Shown here in pieces: positions 35,414 to 48,431 of a stretch of 64,000 nucleotides of DNA. The stretch covers positions 92,008,001 through 92,072,000 of the forward strand of contig OX638151.1 in assembly GCA_951804945.1 (NCBI GenBank). Direction: 5' to 3'. The notes under the pieces were generated by a model. It saw only the letters and a list, made by a program, of their open reading frames with translations. It was not told the DNA's origin and did no database searches. Source of the DNA: Podarcis cretensis. Lineage: Eukaryota. A program made the translations under genes and the position numbers. Positions within the stretch are counted from its first letter, which is position 1. Each line of letters begins with the position of its first letter.

Positions 35414-36357
35414 GTAGGTTCATAGCCCACATCTATTTTACTTCTACAGATTTTTAACCTATCCAACTCCAAACTTAGATTTAGTTCAACCATTTTAAAC
35501 AAAACCAAGTGTAAAATGCAAATAAGTATTGTAAAATGGTTTTGCATACGTGGTGACAAATTTATTGCCTGATGCTAGCTAGCTGGAACCCATGCTCTAA
35601 AAGTTTGTTCACAATGAATGGTCACTTGCAGCACAATCCTGTGCATGCGTCTGTGTTCATTGGGGCTTATTTGTAGGAAAGTGTGTGTAGGATTGCAGAT
35701 GCCTTCTGAATCACAGTGAATACAAAAACTTGTGTATCCTTTGATTACTTGAACATCAAATGATGATGTGCATGTGTGATTCGGTGATCATAGATCAGCA
35801 CCACAGACAAGAGCTTTCTCAAACAATTCATTTTAATGTTTTCATGATCAGTTGTGTATCCATTGATTGTGGCGGTGGTGGTAGTAGTAGTAGACTTATA
35901 ACCCACCCTGCACTAAATGGTCTCAGAGCATGTTACAAAAATACCAACTTAAATTGATAAGCAAGTGTACATGAACTTCTTCTTAGTCTCATTATTTAGT
36001 GAGTTTTGAAAGAAAAGGAGTTCCATTATTGTGAAATGGTAACTGGGATTGGAAAGAATGTGCTAAAGAATGTGTCCTAAAGAATTTTTGTTAGATAAGT
36101 GATATAAACCCTTTTGCCCATTGTTGAAGTGTCAGAATTAAATAGACTTTGCGTATGCAAATGGTATCGTCAGCAAAGTGTTCTTGTAGATCTAAAATAT
36201 GCCACATGCATTGTGGAAAAAGTATCTCCTTATTTTTCCAATTATGTCAGTAGCTTTGTTTCACTGTCAGCTAACTGAAATCTTTTGGTTTGGTTTTCAT
36301 TTTAATTTGGTTTAGATCTGTCGTCAGATAAATATCTTATTTGAACTTCTTTTCTAG

Positions 36358-36504
36358 GCTAAACTTTCAGTTCTTCATCAGGAACATCTAGTCAAGCTTC
36401 AGGAGTTTGCAGGTTGGATTGAGGAGAAGAGTGAAATAATGAATAATCTCAAAGTGGATACATGTGATATAGAAGATGTGAAGCAAAGGTTTCAGTTAAT
36501 CAAG
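36358..36504 (+). CDS. DST: DST b-block exon (AKLSVLHQEHLVKLQEFAGWIEEKS...FQLIK), GC donor
   Basis: tttctag acceptor; the next exon is phase 0, which fits the AAG|GCATGT donor. Confidence 0.85.
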
Positions 36505-37290
36505 GCATGTATCACTTGGTGCCTAATATGTCAGTGACTGTTAACTTCTAGATATGATGTTTTCTAGGTGATCTCCACTCTGATTCAGTACTAGTTACCT
36601 ACATGTTCAAAAGTAGTGATAGTTTGGGTCATTATTGTTAGTTTGGATAGGCAGTCAGGATTTGTGCAAGTAACACTCCTATAGTTTTAACAGTTTTAAC
36701 CTTGAGGTTGGTGCTAGGCTCAACATCAGAAAATGCTGTCAGTAAGTTTATGTTTTAATTCATTATTAGTTACATATTTTGCATATATGTCCACCAAGAC
36801 TGTAGCAAACACAGCCTCAGTGTAATTCCCTTCAGTGCAATGATCAAAAATAAATGGTGGTCTCAGCAGAAGACTTGAACAACAACTTCTGCTGACACAA
36901 TGGAGTTTTCCTCCTCTCCTTCCCAACATTACACTTAACATTATGTAGATCTGATGTTGCAAGCCAATGAATTTGAGGAAGGCTCAACAAACCTAAACGT
37001 CTAGTAGTATTCTTTAATAGACTGGATTATGAACTGATAGAGTGAATTCCATATCAGATATTTGAATGATTTAAAAAAATCAGTGAGTGAGCTTAACCTT
37101 TTATCAAATGATAGGGCAGGCTTCCTCAATCTGGTGGCCTCTAGATGATTTGTAACAATTCCTATTGGCCCAATAACCAGGCTGACTGAGGCTTATGGAA
37201 GCTGCATGCCAAAACATCTTGAGAGCACCAGGTTGGGAAAAGCTGTTGCAGGGTTTTTTATGCTAACTATTTTTATTACTTAATTTGCAG

Positions 37291-37524
37291 GACCTGGAAA
37301 AAGAGCTTGAATGTACAAAAATGCAGTTGGAATCCACAGCACTTGATATTCAGTTCTTCATTTCTGAGCATGCCCAAGATCTTTCCCCAAACCAAAGCAA
37401 GCAGCTCTTGAGGCTCTTAAATACCACACAGAAGCGCTTCCAGGAAATGCAAGAGACAATAAGATCCCAAGTCAACCATTTTGAAACTCTCTTACAGACA
37501 GAACAAGTTCTTGTTGACCAGAAG
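37291..37524 (+). CDS. DST: Last DST b-block exon (DLEKELECTKMQLESTALDIQFFISEHAQDLSPNQSKQLLRLLNTTQK...VDQK)
   Basis: tttgcag acceptor with CTAAC branch site at 37263, aag|gtttgc donor. Confidence 0.94.
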
Positions 37525-38094
37525 GTTTGCTTCTGTGTGTGATTGTGTGCTTAGCATGACACTGAACCCAAGTGGAGACGTGACAAAATGTTGAAGTGCA
37601 GAAATTGTACTCTATCTGGGATCGAAAGCAAAAGAATACAGTGTGCCTATCCTTCAGAATTCTAGAGCCACATGATAAATGTTTGAGGGACCAGTTGTGT
37701 GCTTCCTTCAACAGCAAGTTTTGTTTCAACAGCAATATATAGAAATGATAAAATGCTTTACCCAACAGTGGGTAATGATTTGACTTTTACTTTAAAGTTG
37801 AGTCATAAACAAACTAATAAAGCTGAGGCAGCAGACCTAGGACTTCACATTAGACTTTGGGTGTCTGTTGAAGAAGGATGCTTTGTCATCTAGTTCAGGA
37901 ATCTAACCAGCTCCCTGTCCCAGGAAGCAACAATGGATGCTTCTGTGATTTGGGGAAATCACTCTGCGACTTGCATGCTGCCCTTTTGTAGGTGAAATAG
38001 CCACAGGTGCTTTTTCTGCATCTTGAGGGCCTTCTAAGAGGTCTGATCACTCTAGCACAGGTGTGGGGATCTTTGGCCTCCAGATATTGATGAA

Positions 38095-38275
38095 TAATAA
38101 TAATAAATTTTATTTATATCCCGCCCTCCCCAGCTGAAGCCGGGCTCAGGGCGGCTAACAACAATCAAATAATCAAACAATCAAATAATCAAACATTCTA
38201 AAAACATTTCATTATAAAAATTAATTAAAATCAAATTAATGGCAACCGTTAAGCAAAATTATGTGCAGGTTGCCA
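38095..38275 (-). mobile_element. LINE 3' end (L2-like tail) inserted in a hAT MITE
   Basis: Reverse strand ends gggagggcgggatataaataaaatttattattatta; it splits the MITE at 38058-38332. Confidence 0.6.
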
Positions 38276-38419
38276 GAACTAAAACTGCTGGAGTCCAGCA
38301 ACATCTGGAGGGCCAAAGGTTCCCCACATCTGTTCTAGTGTATGGAAGGTAATGTACTCAAGAGCACTGGGAATTTGTCAGCAGTAGGGCTAACAGGGAA
38401 AAAGAAGAAGCAGAGTTCT

Positions 38420-38600
38420 ACAGCAAGAGCTGTTTGACAGTGGAACAAACTCCCTTGAGAGGTTGTGGACTCTCCTTCCTTGGAGGTTTTTAAACAGAGG
38501 TTGATTGGCTATCTGTCCTGGACCCTTTAGTTGAGATTCCTGCAGGGGCAGGGGGTAGGACTAGATGTCCCTTGTGGTCCCTTCCAAACTCTATGATTTT
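38420..38600 (+). mobile_element. CR1 LINE 3' end
   Basis: Encodes QWNKLP*EVVDSPSLEVFKQRL, then ggactagatgtcccttgtggtcccttccaaactctatgatt. Confidence 0.85.
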
Positions 38601-39183
38601 ATTAGTCTGCAAGCACTGAACAAGATTAACTTTGAAGGACAATTTCTTTTTTAATCAGTTGAGGAAGAAGGGAGAGTCTTCAGGCCAGGAAATGCAGGAT
38701 TTAAAAAATATGCTTAATAGGGATGAAAGTACTGTTAAGAACAATGAGTGCCATTGCATGTCTGCTTCTGTATTGCTTAAAACACAATAGCATTTTATAT
38801 GCGGGTAATATTACATGTACCAACTGATCTAACACATAGTTTTTGACTAACCTTTGTTTTGCCATCCCCTTTTCAGAATTAATACCTGTCTGTTACAGGT
38901 TTCAAGCCATTCAGAGATTTGGATTTTCACACGCATAATGCATGGCCAGACTTCTGCTGGGCGGTTCCATCCAAAACCTGGTCTCTTTACTTACAGCATT
39001 TGTGAGGTTTATCTCATACCTTCTATATTCAGCTTCTTTAAACTGTGTGCAGCTGCTATCATGTTTACAGCATACTCTCAGAAATAGTGTCTGGTGAAAG
39101 CTTTGAAATTTGGTTGTTTGAACATTAACCTCTAAGAGAGCCTCTGAGCATTTCTATTCAGGTTTCTTCTTATTCTAAATTAG

Positions 39184-39336
39184 GACTTGGCAGACCAGCA
39201 CCAGGATTTCACAGAAAAATTACAGGATATATGTGACCTTCTCACACAGACAGAAAACCAGCTGATCGGCCACAAAGAAGCACTTGCTATTGAAGATACC
39301 AAGGCAGAGTTGCAGCAATACCAGATCAAGCAAGAG
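39184..39336 (+). CDS. DST: DST spectrin-repeat exon (DLADQHQDFTEKLQDICDLLTQTENQLIGH...KQE); re-entry exon for the a isoform
   Basis: aattag acceptor, gag|gtacaa donor; phase 0. Confidence 0.93.
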
Positions 39337-41891
39337 GTACAATGCTTGACTAATCGGCAGCAGCAGAGCCAGGCTGCAATCCTTACAAATCACGTTGGAG
39401 TTACTTGTAAATATTTCTGAGTAAATTGCGCTTGGGAGCATTTTGCAAGCCCTGTAAATATATTTTGGACTAGCTGTTTGCATCTCACCCAAAGTCCAGT
39501 TGAATTTATAGTGTGAAAGTTGGTGGGTCATCAATGAGGTGCTAGCAATATCCCTTGTGTACCCTTCCAGCAGTGCCCCTTATGTAGCCTGCACAAACAT
39601 CTTGGAATGGCTCTCAGGAATGTGGGGTAAAATGAATCCACTGAACAGCAATGCAGTAAAAGAGGAGAGCTAAAATCATCCCTAGTTTAGAGGTTTGTTA
39701 GTATGCTTATGCAAAACTGTTAGATATCGCCCTTCATTTCTTCAAGTCCAAAGCAGGAAAATGAGTTAAAAGCACCAAACCAGCCAAAAAAGCAATGTTA
39801 CTGCAAAAACCCTACAACTTTATTTATTCGTTTTTATTTATTTAACAAGATTTCTATACCACCTTATCAGCAAAAATCGAAGTGGCTCACAAAAAACATT
39901 AATTAAAACATACTAACGAAACATACTAAACATACTAACAAAATCAAACTTTAAAAGTTGACACCAAATTTATCAAAATACAGTCAGCGGCTTTAAAACA
40001 AGTATGCATGGATTTTTTTAAAAAAACCCTTTGTGTCTGTTAAAAAAAATTACTTAAAAAACGTAAACAAGTAGTTCCAGTCAATATTCTCAGACTCTGT
40101 AAAGAAGTACCAATGCATGCAATTTTTTGTTTATGCCAGTAAACGGTTCAGGCGAATGTTCACTGCTTAAGTGATACAAGGAGTTGATTCATTTAGTCAT
40201 TTACTTATTTATTTGGAATTCTTTTTTGCCCTCTCAGTTAAACAACCATCACGGCAAGCTTGCAAGTGATTGAAATAACAATTCCTTACACAACCCATCA
40301 GCTTCATGTCCCTTAGATGGAGTCAGAGTTTGCTTCCTTTCTGAGCTGAAGTTCCTGGATAATTAGCAGTTGGAGCCAAGTGATCTTTCTTGCAGGGAGA
40401 GGGAGAAGCAAACGCCCCACAGCTGCCCCATTTCAGGCTTTTGTATAATGTCAGGGTGGACTTCCCTTGTGGTGGTGTCCCTTCTGTGGCGGGGGGGGGG
40501 GGGGAGCAGGAGATGAAGCCTTCCAGAAGCCTTTTGTTCCCTGGTCAGTGGCAAAGGCCAGCGTGTGTTTACTTTGACGTCCCAGGGCATCTTGTGATCA
40601 CGTGACACATGCAGTTAGCTGTAATGCATGTGTCAATTTGACCGGCCCATTAGATTTCTAAAACATGCAGAGAATTGTGTATATTAGCTTTTTGCAGTGC
40701 AAGATGTTAGTAAACAAAATTATTTCTGAATAATTCCAAAAAGTTAAAGTTGCTGGCTTGTGCAGTGGTGGCAGGGCCATCTAGTATTCTTGGCTGCTGG
40801 AGGCAAAGGACAAGATAGCAAACATAAACACACACACACACACCCCATTCCATGTACAGATGCCAACCAGATTAGCAGCTGAATCTTACTTCAACTGTTC
40901 CAGTGAGATGGCATTCTCCTATTAGAGGTTACCGCTCACACACTTGCACTGTGCTTTTCTGCTAGTGTAGTGGTACCTCGGTAAAACCGCTTCTTACTGT
41001 TTATAGGAGAATTTTCCCAGGAGGCAGAGGACAAGAACAGGAGTCATACTCAAATTCACAGTCAAGAGCTTTTTATTGCTTGACTGGTTGCGCAAGCATT
41101 TCTGTTACTATTATATACAAGCTATTTACATTCCATTTTTATCTCTCCAGCACGGTATAATCTCAGTCCAGTAATTAACAATCCCAACACAGCCAAACTC
41201 ACAGTATCAGCAGCACACATTGTCTTACTTCCAACCTTGTTGTCAGCTTGTGTGCTGACAACATGTGTGTATGTGTGCTTTTGTCAGGCTGAAATTGCAG
41301 TCTGCAACTTCCTTTATTTGCACCTCCAGCTGACACCAGTCAAGCCTAGAGTGCCACTCCTACACACTAAAGTAAATTCTGGAACCCTCTTTAAAGCTTC
41401 CAGGAACTTTTATATGTTTCTTAAAGAATGTTTTCCTAACATCTCCACCATACCTAAGGCCAGCAAGCTAGCTTGGGGATACAGGGCAGGCCCTGTAGCA
41501 CATGCAACCTTGTCCTCCCACAGAGGGGGATGCCTGAGTGGCTCAAATGGAATGATATTGTGTAATATGAAAACTCTACCTCCTGCATCTGCTGCTTGAG
41601 GCGACTGCCTCACATTGCCTCATGGTAGGGTTGGCCCCTACCATGTTAGCTTCTAATTATCAGGGAAGAAGTTGTGTTTCAGGAAATTCCACACTTTTCC
41701 AGTATAGAGCAGAGATCTCGATCTCAGGCTTGTAGAAATTTAGCAACCATTACTCTCTTGTTGCCATTTTCATGAAATGTGAAGGCAAATCCAGGGTGTA
41801 CCTTAGAAAAGGGGCTTTCGAAGTGAAAAATAAATGGATAACTCTTCCTTCTGATTTTTTTATTGTTGATTCCCCCCCCCCCCCTTTCTAG

Positions 41892-42125
41892 GAGCTACAG
41901 AAAGATATGCAAGCAAATACACAGGCGCTGGCAGAAATTGTGAAAAATACGGAGATGTTTTTGAAAGAAAATGGAGAAAAGCTGCGACAAGAAGACAAGA
42001 CTGCTCTTGAAAAGAAGCTTAATGAAGCCAAGACCAAGTGTTTGCTGCTTAGTCAGAAGGCAGAGGAGTCCAGGAAACAGCTGGATAAAGCCGTGACAAC
42101 AGCTATTAAGCAAGAAACAGAAAAG
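41892..42125 (+). CDS. DST: DST spectrin-repeat exon ([11 protein letters not shown]...KQETEK)
   Basis: ctttctag acceptor, aag|gttctt donor; 234 nt. Confidence 0.94.
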
Positions 42126-42278
42126 GTTCTTTGGCAACCATTTAATATTTATTTCAAAATGGCTCATTGCTATAATTTTTCCTTGCATGTGAATGCTGAC
42201 CATCCCAGACAATGTCTGAATGTCTGACAATGTCTGACAATGTTTGTGAATGTCTGAAAACTCAAGGAATTGATTGTC

Positions 42279-42314
<36 letters not shown>

Positions 42315-42924
42315 ATTTTATCTTACTGGGTGTATTAAATGTAGGGAAATGCATCTATCTATTTTCAGACATTCACCAAATGCATCTGGAATTGTCAGTA
42401 TTCGCTTCCCAAAAGAAAGGAACATACGGAGGAATTCAGTGTAGCACTCAGGAGATAGTTGCTTCAGCAAAACAGTTCTGCTTGCCAGATGTCTCCCCCT
42501 GTATTCTGTTCTGAGGGTTCTCCCAGCTGCCCCTGGCCATTTTTTTTCTTTTTTTTGGGGGGGGGGGCAGAGTGCAAAGTCCCATTGCACTAGTTAAAAT
42601 CCTTGTGCAGACTTTCACTAATGTGAATGTGGCCCGTAGACATTATCTGGTTCCAGAAGTCTTTCATCCCAAGGGAGGAGCCTTTAAACAATAGCCATGC
42701 CACGGAATAATAATTCATTTTAGTTTTTCCTCAGCATACAGAAGTGCAGGGACATTGCATCATTCTGCAGATGTTTGCACATGACCAGTAGGAGAAAAAG
42801 TCCCACTAATTCCCCCCCCCCAAAAAAAAATGTGTTAGTATACCCTTGTTTGCAATATCACAAATATCTGCATTTGAACTTTTCATGACTGCATAAGATT
42901 CGAGCTTGAACTTTACTTGTGCAG

Positions 42925-43209
42925 GTTGCAGCTAGAGAACAGCTAGAGGAGAGTAAAAGCACAATAGAGAACCTTCTGGACTGGTTGTCAAAGGTCGACA
43001 AGGATGCTGAACATGGGGGCAAGAAAGACAAGCCAGCAATTAAACAGAATGGCAACCATTTCCAAGAAGGAGAGGTGGAAGAGTTGGCTGGAGAAGACGA
43101 TGAAGTCAATGGCAACTTGATGGAAATCCAACAACAGAATGAAACACACGTGGATGGACAACTGAAGCCCTCAGAAGATAATCTCAACATGCAGTATCAG
43201 AAAGCCAAG
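42925..43209 (+). CDS. DST: DST spectrin-repeat exon (VAAREQLEESK...QYQKAK)
   Basis: gtgcag acceptor, aag|gtacta donor; 285 nt. Confidence 0.94.
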
Positions 43210-43973
43210 GTACTACACGTGTATAATACTACTTGCTTCATCAATTCATGCTTGTCCTGGAAAAGAAATGAGGTCTGATATAAACCCACCTCATGTGCTG
43301 TGGAGCCAGAATTGCCAGCTGTTGTGGTGGCCTTGAAAAGGTACAAGGCAAAAGCCTCATGCAGTCAGGAGACATAATCTGGTCCACCTCCAGATCTCTG
43401 CTTTTCATAGCAAGGAATCTCTAGAATGATTTCGTGGGAGGTGATTTCACCACCTCTCACTGCACTACAAGCCTCAGAGCTTATTTATTTCCTAGCTCTT
43501 ATCTAATAAACCAATAGAACATTTTCATCTCTAGCTTCTGTGTTGAAAGTGCTCAAAGCTGTGGAAAATAAAGGCAGGCCAAAGTGGGAAGTATTGACAA
43601 GCACACCCAAACAGCCCAGCCTTAGCACATCTTACATCCATCGGAATGCCAGTGGCCGCACACAGCTCCCTTTAAGCACAGGGTCTCTCTCAAAAGCCTC
43701 ACTGTTATGGGCAGCTCTATGCAGGCACATCAGTGCATAAATGGAACTACCCCTAATGTGTGTGTGTATAGGGATATTTTAATGCTGGTGATTTGTTCTT
43801 GCGATTGGGAAGTAGGAATATAGTTGGTTAGTACATCTGCAGCACATAGCATTTTGATTTGTTTAATGTTTCTGAACCATCATTAAGCACATTTCCTAAG
43901 ACTTGGACACATTACAGATTACATTGCTAATTATATATGTACGTTTTGATTCCCTGCTGCCTTCCCCACCCAG

Positions 43974-44519
43974 GCTCAGCATGAGAAAATTATTTCCCAG
44001 CAGCAAGCTGTCATAATAGCTACACAGTCAACCCAAGCCCTGCTTGAGAAGCAAGGACACCATCTTTCTCCAGAGGAAAAGGAGAAGATTCAAAGGAATA
44101 TGAAGGAACTGAAGGTGCAGTATGAAACTGCCTTAGCAGAGTCAGAGCAGAAGCTGAAGTTGACCCGCTCTTTGCAGGAGGAGCTTGAGAAGTTTGATGC
44201 GGACTATGGCGAGTTTGAAAGCTGGCTCCAGCAGGGAGAGCAAGAACTTGATAACCTGGAGACAGGTGCATCTGACTTTAATGGGATTATCATCAAACTG
44301 AAAAGGCAGAAGAGTTTTTCGGAAGATGTCATTTCTCACAAAGGGGACTTGCGGTACATCACCATTTCTGGACAGAGAGTATTGGATGCTGCTAAATCGT
44401 GTAATAAAAGAGAAGGTGTCAAATATGACAAGGAAGGTATTGATACTTCTTCAACTTACGTTGAGGTACAGAATAAACTGGATAGTGCAACTGGTCGCTT
44501 CAAATCTCTCTACTCTAAG
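43974..44519 (+). CDS. DST: DST spectrin-repeat exon ([11 protein letters not shown]...FKSLYSK)
   Basis: cccag acceptor, aag|gtaaat donor; 546 nt; contains [24 protein letters not shown]. Confidence 0.95.
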
Positions 44520-44759
44520 GTAAATTGTGTGTGAATTCATGTGAAATGTGTATCCATGAGATAAACCTTTTAGTTCACCGAATTGTTACATGAAATTAAA
44601 AGCAGTGCTTTCTGTGCTGCATCTCTCTGTATCTTATGTTTTCCCTGTATCATGCAAAATGTATAACTGAATTGGGGAAGCAGAATTAGGGTTTAGGTTT
44701 CTCCCTTTCACTCTTAGTTTGTGAGTTTCTACAATCTCTTGTTTCCACTTTTTGTTGTT

Positions 44760-44960
44760 ACTCCATTTTTATCTTACGCTTTCTCCATGAATTCAGGGTG
44801 GCAAGCATAGTCTCCACCTCCATCCCACTCCAGTTTATTCTCACAAGCTGTAAAGTAGGTTAGGCTGTGAGTTAGTGGGACTGGCCCAGGGTCACCCACT
44901 GAGCTTCATGGCTAAGCAGGGATTTCAGCCAGATTCTCTCCTGTCCTAGCCTGACATTCC
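44760..44960 (-). mobile_element. CORE-type squamate SINE; related copies at about 34980-35100 and 47530-48180 (the latter interrupted)
   Basis: ttattctcaca...gtaggttaggctg...ctggcccagggtcacccactgagcttcatggct...ggatttc. Confidence 0.65.
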
Positions 44961-46360
44961 CGTGCATCACTTTGGGAGCATTGCCAAACCAATTTACAGT
45001 GGAACCAGATATGATCCTAAAAATCACATTCAAAACCTGGATATAATCAGGGTTCTCACAATTACCAGTAGTTTGTGAGCATAACTGCTGTCATGTTAAT
45101 TAGGCTTGGAAGTATTCCTCATCATCCCTAAACCATGTTTAAATCTTGCATCGCAATTCATTGCATGTTTCTACAGAGGTAAGTCCCGCTGTGTTTAACG
45201 GAACTTGCTCCCTAGTAAGTTTGCTTAGGATTGCAGCTTTAATGTTAGTGTACTGGCTTTATTTACTGATATATAGTGGGGGTGGTGTTATGTGAAATAC
45301 TAAATTGCCCTAGTCTATTTATTTTTCTGTATTGTACAACATTTGATCTTCTTGGGGAATCCCATTTGTTTTCTTACCATTTACTCCGAGGCTTTTAAAC
45401 GTGTACTCTGAGACAACTTAGAACCAAATTTGGTCTCTGTAGCCATTTAAACAGCCCTTTTAGTGTGTTATAAGGAGTGCCTTAAGTGCCTGAACACATG
45501 AATACAGAAAGTGGGTGGGAGCAGGGACACACACACGCTCCATCCCCAATGTCCTCAGTTGTTGAGCTTTCCTGTGATGTGCTAATAAGCATTCTGCAGG
45601 TGACTTCTATTCATGTTCACTAGAATCCAAGTAGAACTCTTACAGCAGTGTCCTCAGTTGCATGGAGGAATCTTTTCATGTGCAAGTGAGCAGAAGTAGA
45701 AGCCCCTGGCACACTTCCTCTGTGCAATGTGGAAGGCTGGGGACTGCAGTAGTGTGATGTATGTGATGACATTGGGGAGTGGGACTTGTGTGTGCACCCC
45801 TGTCCACACTTTTAACAGTCCACATGTTCAGGTGAATGCCTGAACGTCCCTAAAGCAGCAGTCTGATTGCTTCACTATGTGCCCAAAGCACAGATCAAAG
45901 CTTTGCCTCTCAGATGACATTCTGTGGTGGTGTGGTAAGCAGAAATCTGGGTGATGCCATAAGTACATTTATAAGATTACCACATAGCCACAGGTTCAGC
46001 CCTTGCCACAAGTCAGTAACTACGAAGAGGATCATGGCAATTGTCCCCCAGGCTGTGATAATCTAGAAATCGACTAGAAATTTCATATAGCTGCCAGACA
46101 TCAGCAAGCACCACTTTGACTACTGCTTTGCATTGTGCTGGGCTTCATATTTTAGCTAAAACACCACCATTGTACATATGTGGTGATAGAAGAGAGATAA
46201 AAACTGAGATACACACTAGCCAACACACGAGAGAAATTTATTCTGGAATCCTTCTTTTGTTCATTTAACTCAAACTTCTAAAACTTAGGTCTTCTCAGGA
46301 TATACAAACTTCCAGGTTATGATTTTGTCAGCAAATCCTACTTGTCTGGCTTTTCAAATT

Positions 46361-46379
46361 TGACCACTAGATGGAGCCA
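46361..46379 (+). promoter_or_regulatory. Candidate CTCF site
   Basis: TGACCACTAGATGGAGCCA is close to the CTCF core consensus. Confidence 0.5.
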
Positions 46380-46757
46380 GTTGCAATAAAAACCTCTCAC
46401 ATGAGTGTCAGAAGTTAGTGAGGAGGGAAGTTTAAACAAAAGCCTTGGTACACACAACACACTCTAAGCCAAACCTTCGCTTTGCTTGATGCAGTGCGGC
46501 AGGAAAAGGGTTTGGTTTAGGGTGTCAGACAAAGCAGGCTTGTGTGTGCTTTCCATGTTCAGCCGTTACTGGAGCGGTATGAAATGGCATTGTTATCATT
46601 TCATAAATATCTTGCAGTACGAGATAAGCAGAGTATTTGAATTACCGTTACAAGATGTTTTCAAATCGCCTAAAGCTTTTAGTTAGTAATATTATATACA
46701 AATGCTTTAAAATATATTTCCATTCTTGAACACCGTTTTCTCTCTCTGCACTTCTAG

Positions 46758-46934
46758 TGCAGTATCCTTGGAAATAACCTCAAAGATCTGGTAGATAAAT
46801 ACCAGAATTATGAGGATACCTCATCTGGGCTTCTGACAGGACTTCAAGCCTCTGAAGAAGCTGTGAATAAACAGTTTTCTGAAGCAGTTGCTGTAGATCC
46901 AAAAAATCTCCAGAGACAACTAGAAGAAACCAAG
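46758..46934 (+). CDS. DST: DST spectrin-repeat exon (CSILGNNLKDLVDKYQ...QLEETK)
   Basis: cttctag acceptor, aag|gtaaac donor; 177 nt. Confidence 0.94.
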
Positions 46935-47619
46935 GTAAACCAAAAAATCTCCAGAGCTGTTGTATTTCAAGAAAAAGCAGTTTATAGAATAAAGGAAAGC
47001 CATGTTCCCCTTTGGTGTATGTGTGTTTGGGGGGGGGGGGGAGGTGTACATTAGTTGAACATGTCCAATTTAGAAAAAAATAATGCTGATTGTCACAAGG
47101 GAAACCTGGAAGTGTCCTGTCAATGAAACCTTTTTGATCATTATCTCTTTGGCTTCCAACTTGTTCATGGGACCCCAAGTGCTTCTTGAACATTGTGGCT
47201 ATATGTCAGGGGTCCCGAACCTTTTTGAGCCTGGGTGCACATTTGGAAAGCTAAGGAACAGTTGTGGGCCAAAACATCCATCTCACATGGTGCCGGGGGG
47301 GACGGGGACGGGGACCCACCACTCACACTCGGATCTGATCCAACCACCACACAAATAAAACGGACAAAAAGTGTAAGCAATACCCCACCCCCCAAAAAAC
47401 CCTCTCAACAAAACAAAACCCAGTAAATTTTGAAAGGACATTGAAAGGGCAAGTGTCCTCATCAGGGACCAACAGTGTCTGTCTAAGAGAACCAGAAGTA
47501 GAATCAGGACAGTGTATATGTTTTTTCTCCTTTTTATCCTCACCACACCCCTACAAGGTAGATTATATTGAGAGATAACGAGTGACTTAATATAACCTAG
47601 AGGATATCATAGTTTAGCA

Positions 47620-48105
47620 CAGTGCTTTTTTTCTAGACAAAAAGCTGTCAGAACACACCTCCCTCAGAAGGCCCACCCCAGAGCCCCAAGAGAATCTCTT
47701 TGGACTTGTGGGGGGTGCCTCCTCATGAGCCAGAGGCTTGTTGAGGATGCTTATTGGAGGTGAGTCTTCCTCGCCTCAGCTGAGCAGCTTAATGAGTCCC
47801 CGTCCCCACCTCTCTGGCTCTCATGAGCAATGGGGCTTGCTTAGCTGAGGCGCGGCTTTCCCACGTGTTAGCTGGCAGGGGAAAGAGACTCAGCAAAGCA
47901 CCTCTGTGCCTCCAGCTCACCAGGAAACCCTCTCCAGAGCATGAAGCGGATGTCTCTTTTTGGGCTCTGGGGAGAGTCTCCTAATGAGCTAGAGGTGCAG
48001 CGGGGCTTTGCTGAGGTGGGTCGGGTTCTCTCCGCACTTCCTGGGCCCAGTTGAGAGGTGCCGGAACAGCGTTCCAGAACGTTCTGACAGAAAAAAAATG
48101 TCCTA
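47620..48105. mobile_element. Non-autonomous hAT element nested in a CORE SINE
   Basis: Termini cagtgctttttttc / gaaaaaaaatgtccta; 8-bp flanks gtttagca and gtttagaa. Confidence 0.7.
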
Positions 48106-48213
48106 GTTTAGAAGGGATTTGACCTCAGTCTCCTCGGTCCAAGCCCAGCACTCCTACTTGGAGTCACTGCATCACGCTGGCAACGGGGTGGGGGGTGAAT
48201 CACAATTCAAGTA

Positions 48214-48431
48214 TAGTGGTACCTCGGATTACAAACACTTTGGGTTACAGACTCCGCTAACCCAGAAGTAGTACCTCAGGTTAAGAACTTTACTGCAGGA
48301 TGAGAACAGAAATCGTGCTGCGGCAGCAGCAGGAGGCCCCATTAGCTAAAGTGGTACCTCAGATTAAGAATGGTTTCAGGTTAAGAATGGACCTCCAGAA
48401 CCGATTGAGTTCTTAACCAGAGGTACCACTG
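48214..48431. mobile_element. Tc1/mariner (pogo/Tigger-like) MITE
   Basis: TIRs tagtggtacctc / gaggtaccactg with TA on both sides. Confidence 0.85.
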
